Made by a program: the position numbers and the translations under genes. DNA of 36,728 nt from NCBI GenBank assembly GCA_004299495.1, contig SCPY01000269.1, positions 1 to 36,728 on the forward strand. The letters are read 5' to 3'. Of this stretch, positions 33,789 to 36,728 are shown piece after piece (positions within the stretch are counted from its first letter, which is position 1; each line of letters starts with the position of its first letter). The notes under the pieces are model-generated. The model did no database searches. It worked only from the letters and a program-made list of their open reading frames with translations, and was not told the origin of the DNA. This DNA is from a bacterium. Its GTDB lineage: Bacteria > Omnitrophota > Gorgyraeia > Gygaellales > UBA12090.

Positions 33789-35726
33789 ATGGATAAATTC
33801 AAAGTATTATTTCTGCCGGATAATAAAATAATTGAAGCGGAGAAAGGCAAGACTATACTTTCCGCGGCTATTTCCGCCGGTATTCATATCAATTCCAGCT
33901 GCGGAGGAGACGGTGTCTGCGGCAGATGCAAGATTATTTTAAAGAAGGGTCAGTTATCCAGCCAGCCCACGGGAAGGATCACTTCCGAAGAGAAAAGAGG
34001 CGGATATTATCTTGCCTGCCTAAGCGTTGCCCAATCTGACGCGGAAGTTGAGATCCCGAAGGAATCCCGCCTTGACTCCGGCACTATCACCGAAGAAGAC
34101 GCCTATATGCTGCGGCTGAAGGGGATTTATTCGGAAGTAGTAGATATTGAGCGCGGAGAATCTATTTTGCCGGAGGAGCTTTTTATACATTCCCCCCTGG
34201 CGACAAAGCTTTATTTAGACCTCCCCAAGCCGAACCTTGAAGATAAGCTCAGCGATTTAGAGCGGATATACCGCCAGATTCGCTTAATCCAGGATATCCC
34301 TGTGCTTCAGACCGGGCTGTCCAATATCAGGCGGCTGGGCGCGCTTTTACATTCATCCGGATGGAAGATTACCGTAACCCTGGGTAAGCGCAACGGCACT
34401 ACCGAAATAGTGCTGATTGAGCCGGGAGATACTTCGGAAAAGAATTTTGGTTTTGCCTTTGATATAGGCACTACCACCATTTCCGGCCAGCTTATTGATT
34501 TGAATACCAAGAAAATTTTAGGCACCAAGGCGGCGTTCAACAAGCAGGCAAGCTTCGGCGCGGATGTTATTACCCGGATAATCTTCGCGCGGGAAGAGAA
34601 TGGCTTAGAAAAGCTGCACCACGCGGTAATTGACGAGATGAACATTATGATTCAGGAGCTGGCCCGGGAAAATAACGTTGACTTAAACGATGTTACCTGC
34701 TGTTTGTGCGCGGGCAATACCACAATGATTCACCTTTTATTGCGCGTTGACCCTACCTATATAAGGAGAGAGCCGTATGTGCCTACCGCTAATTTTGTCC
34801 CGGTAATCCGCGCGGCAGAGGCGGGAATCAAGATAAACCCGCGCGGGCTTCTGGATTGCGTTCCGGGGATTTCCAGCTATGTGGGAGGGGACCTTACCGC
34901 GGGAGCGCTTGCCTGCGGAATGGATAAGACCGAGAAGTTAAGCCTGCTTATTGATATCGGCACCAATGGAGAAATAGTCCTGGGAAATAAGGATTGGCTG
35001 ATTTCCTGCGCTGCGTCTGCCGGACCCTGCTTTGAGGGAAGCGGGGTTACGTCCGGAATGCGGGCTTCTAAAGGTGCGATTCAGCGGGTAAAGATTAACC
35101 CCAAGGATTTTAAACCGGAGTATTCCACTATATCGGATAAGCCCGCGGTAGGTATCTGCGGTTCCGGATATATTGACCTGATTGCCGAATTATTGCGCCG
35201 CGGCATTATTGACCGGGGCGGCAAGATTAGCCAGCGCCTATCCAGCAGCCGTATTCGCGACGGAGAATACGGCAGAGAGTTTGTGGTTGCTTTTAAAGAG
35301 GAGTCGGGAGCATCAGGCGACATTGTGATTAATGAGGTGGATATCGAGAATTTAAAAAGGGCGAAAGGCGCGATATACGCGGGGACATCAATGCTGGTGC
35401 GCCATATGCAGTTAAGCTTTGAGGATTTGGAAGAAATATTTATCGGCGGCGGCTTCGGCACCTATTTAGATATGGAAAACGCGATCTTTATCGGCCTCCT
35501 GCCGGATTTACCAAAAGAGAAATTTACTTTTGTCGGTAACAGTTCTTTGATAGGAGCGCGCCAGATGCTGCTTTCTCATCAGGCAATGAAGGACGCGGAA
35601 GATATCGCCAGAAAAATAACTTACCTGGAGATGTCTGTTGAGCCGCAGTATATGGATGAATATATGGCGTCTTTATTTTTTCCTCACACGGATTTATCAA
35701 AGTTTCCCAGCGTAAGGCTGGGTTAA
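33789..35726 (+). CDS. acsV: Reductive activator of the corrinoid Fe-S protein (RACo; 2Fe-2S ferredoxin + ASKHA ATPase, DUF4445)
   Basis: Plant-type 2Fe-2S motif SSCGGDGVCGRCK. ASKHA phosphate motifs DIGTTTISGQL and DIGTNGEIVLG. Confidence 0.9.
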   Translation: MDKFKVLFLPDNKIIEAEKGKTILSAAISAGIHINSSCGGDGVCGRCKIILKKGQLSSQPTGRITSEEKRGGYYLACLSVAQSDAEVEIPKESRLDSGTITEEDAYMLRLKGIYSEVVDIERGESILPEELFIHSPLATKLYLDLPKPNLEDKLSDLERIYRQIRLIQDIPVLQTGLSNIRRLGALLHSSGWKITVTLGKRNGTTEIVLIEPGDTSEKNFGFAFDIGTTTISGQLIDLNTKKILGTKAAFNKQASFGADVITRIIFAREENGLEKLHHAVIDEMNIMIQELARENNVDLNDVTCCLCAGNTTMIHLLLRVDPTYIRREPYVPTANFVPVIRAAEAGIKINPRGLLDCVPGISSYVGGDLTAGALACGMDKTEKLSLLIDIGTNGEIVLGNKDWLISCAASAGPCFEGSGVTSGMRASKGAIQRVKINPKDFKPEYSTISDKPAVGICGSGYIDLIAELLRRGIIDRGGKISQRLSSSRIRDGEYGREFVVAFKEESGASGDIVINEVDIENLKRAKGAIYAGTSMLVRHMQLSFEDLEEIFIGGGFGTYLDMENAIFIGLLPDLPKEKFTFVGNSSLIGARQMLLSHQAMKDAEDIARKITYLEMSVEPQYMDEYMASLFFPHTDLSKFPSVRLG

Positions 35727-35746
35727 TCAGGCTAAAGGAGATTCAG

Positions 35747-36718
35747 ATGGCGATAGAATTAGTAAAAGAGAAATGGGCTAACGCGGTGCACACGCTAACC
35801 ATAGGCGCAACTAAAGAGGAAGGCGGCACAAGGGGTTCTGCGGTAAAGTGCGGCGGAGAAGAAGGCCTGCCTTTTTTATTTTCCGAAGGCAGGATTCCCT
35901 ACCGGCCGGTTATCGCGATGGAGGTGCTGGATGTTGCTCCCGATGATTGGGCGCCTACATTAAGCTCGGCTATCGGAAGCCGGCTGAATAATCCTGCTGA
36001 TTGGGCGCTTGCCTGCGAAAAGGAGTTTAAGGCGGATTTAATCTGCCTGCGCCTTGCCGGCGCGCATCCCGATGCCCAGAATAAGCCCGCGGACGAGCTG
36101 ATAAAGACAGTGAAAGATGTCTTGAAGGCAACCACTATTCCGTTAATTATTATCGGATGCGGCGAAGACAAGCGCGATAATGAAATCCTTCCCCAGGTCT
36201 GCCAGGCGGCAAAGGGAGAAAGGGTTTTAATCGGTGAGGCAACCCAGGGAAACTATAAGACCCTTACCGCAAGCGCCCTTGCCGACGGGCATAGCATCAT
36301 TGCCCAGTCTCCCATTGACATCAATATCGCAAAGCAACTGAATATCTTAATCGGAGATATGGCAATGCCCCAGGAGAGGATAGTGATTAATCCCACGGTG
36401 GGAGCTTTAGGTTATGGCTTGGAGTATGCCTACTCAATTATGGAAAGGGCGCGCCTGGCTGCTTTGTCCGGCGACAAGATGTTGAGTATGCCATTTATAT
36501 GTTTTGTAGGATATGAAGCCTGGAAGGCAAAGGAGGCCAAGGCTTTACGGGAGGAATTCCCCGCTTGGGGCAACCAGTTAGAGCGCGGGATAATTTGGGA
36601 GGCGTTGACTTCTACCGCGTTCCTGCAGGCAGGAGCGGATATCTTAGTGATGCGCCATCCCAAGAGCGTGGATCTGGTAAGAAATCATATTAATGAATTG
36701 ATGAAAGGACAGGGGTGA
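35747..36718 (+). CDS. acsD: Corrinoid iron-sulfur protein small subunit (acetyl-CoA decarbonylase/synthase delta)
   Basis: AAAGGAG RBS. Length of about 320 aa and a TIM-barrel-like sequence typical of AcsD/CdhD. An ATG at 36720 probably opens the next gene. Confidence 0.9.
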   Translation: MAIELVKEKWANAVHTLTIGATKEEGGTRGSAVKCGGEEGLPFLFSEGRIPYRPVIAMEVLDVAPDDWAPTLSSAIGSRLNNPADWALACEKEFKADLICLRLAGAHPDAQNKPADELIKTVKDVLKATTIPLIIIGCGEDKRDNEILPQVCQAAKGERVLIGEATQGNYKTLTASALADGHSIIAQSPIDINIAKQLNILIGDMAMPQERIVINPTVGALGYGLEYAYSIMERARLAALSGDKMLSMPFICFVGYEAWKAKEAKALREEFPAWGNQLERGIIWEALTSTAFLQAGADILVMRHPKSVDLVRNHINELMKGQG

Positions 36719-36728
36719 AATGTTTATC

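Noticed and set aside
1-36728. I looked for CRISPR arrays, transposases or integrases, toxin-antitoxin pairs, restriction-modification systems, reverse transcriptases (DGR, retron) and other defence-system hallmarks.
   Set aside because: I found no short spaced direct repeats and no recombinase, RT, nuclease or ATPase signatures outside the housekeeping genes listed. The only tandem repeats are the ankyrin units, the three pilin-like modules and the 14-nt lepB duplication.

Overview
Gene-dense bacterial chromosomal segment of 36.7 kb. All credible genes but one lie on the + strand, and many junctions overlap (ATGA, GTGA, TAATG), which suggests long operons. By content it is probably an uncultivated anaerobe with a Wood-Ljungdahl pathway. 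My guess is Omnitrophota or a neighbouring candidate phylum, but I cannot verify that here.

Most of the window is recognisable housekeeping:
- SpoU/TrmH methyltransferase, DUF3786 and DUF3108-like proteins.
- An aromatic amino-acid supraoperon (aroA ... pheA-hisC-[ankyrin gene]-DAHP synthase-tyrA-cmk), interrupted by yebC-ruvC-ruvA-scpB.
- lepA-lepB-pgsA-plsY.
- gatCAB, Ctp protease, a YibQ-like deacetylase, tsaD and an MgtC-family protein.
- At the right end, larB, an FmdE-like gene and acsC-RACo-acsD (corrinoid Fe-S protein plus its activator).

The stretch that is not housekeeping is about 16.3-23.5 kb, between plsY and gatC. It holds the only long intergenic regions, the only minus-strand gene and only proteins of unknown function:
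- An orphan 112-aa ORF.
- A structured RNA/terminator element.
- A four-gene operon of signal-peptide proteins. I read these as SCPU/Csu-like fibre subunits (one with three modules, one with a single module), a two-domain chaperone-like protein and a 915-aa outer-membrane protein with usher-like domain logic but non-usher domains.
- A convergent small secreted protein preceded by a promoter and two intrinsic terminators.

This is my best candidate for an undescribed system. Other notable items:
- A secreted 12-repeat ankyrin protein embedded in the aromatic operon.
- A bactofilin-HTH fusion next to a tail-anchored HTH protein.
- A likely non-AUG start on the chaperone-like gene.

I saw no tRNA, rRNA, CRISPR array, transposase or integrase. 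All calls come from reading the translations and the DNA by eye. No searches were run.
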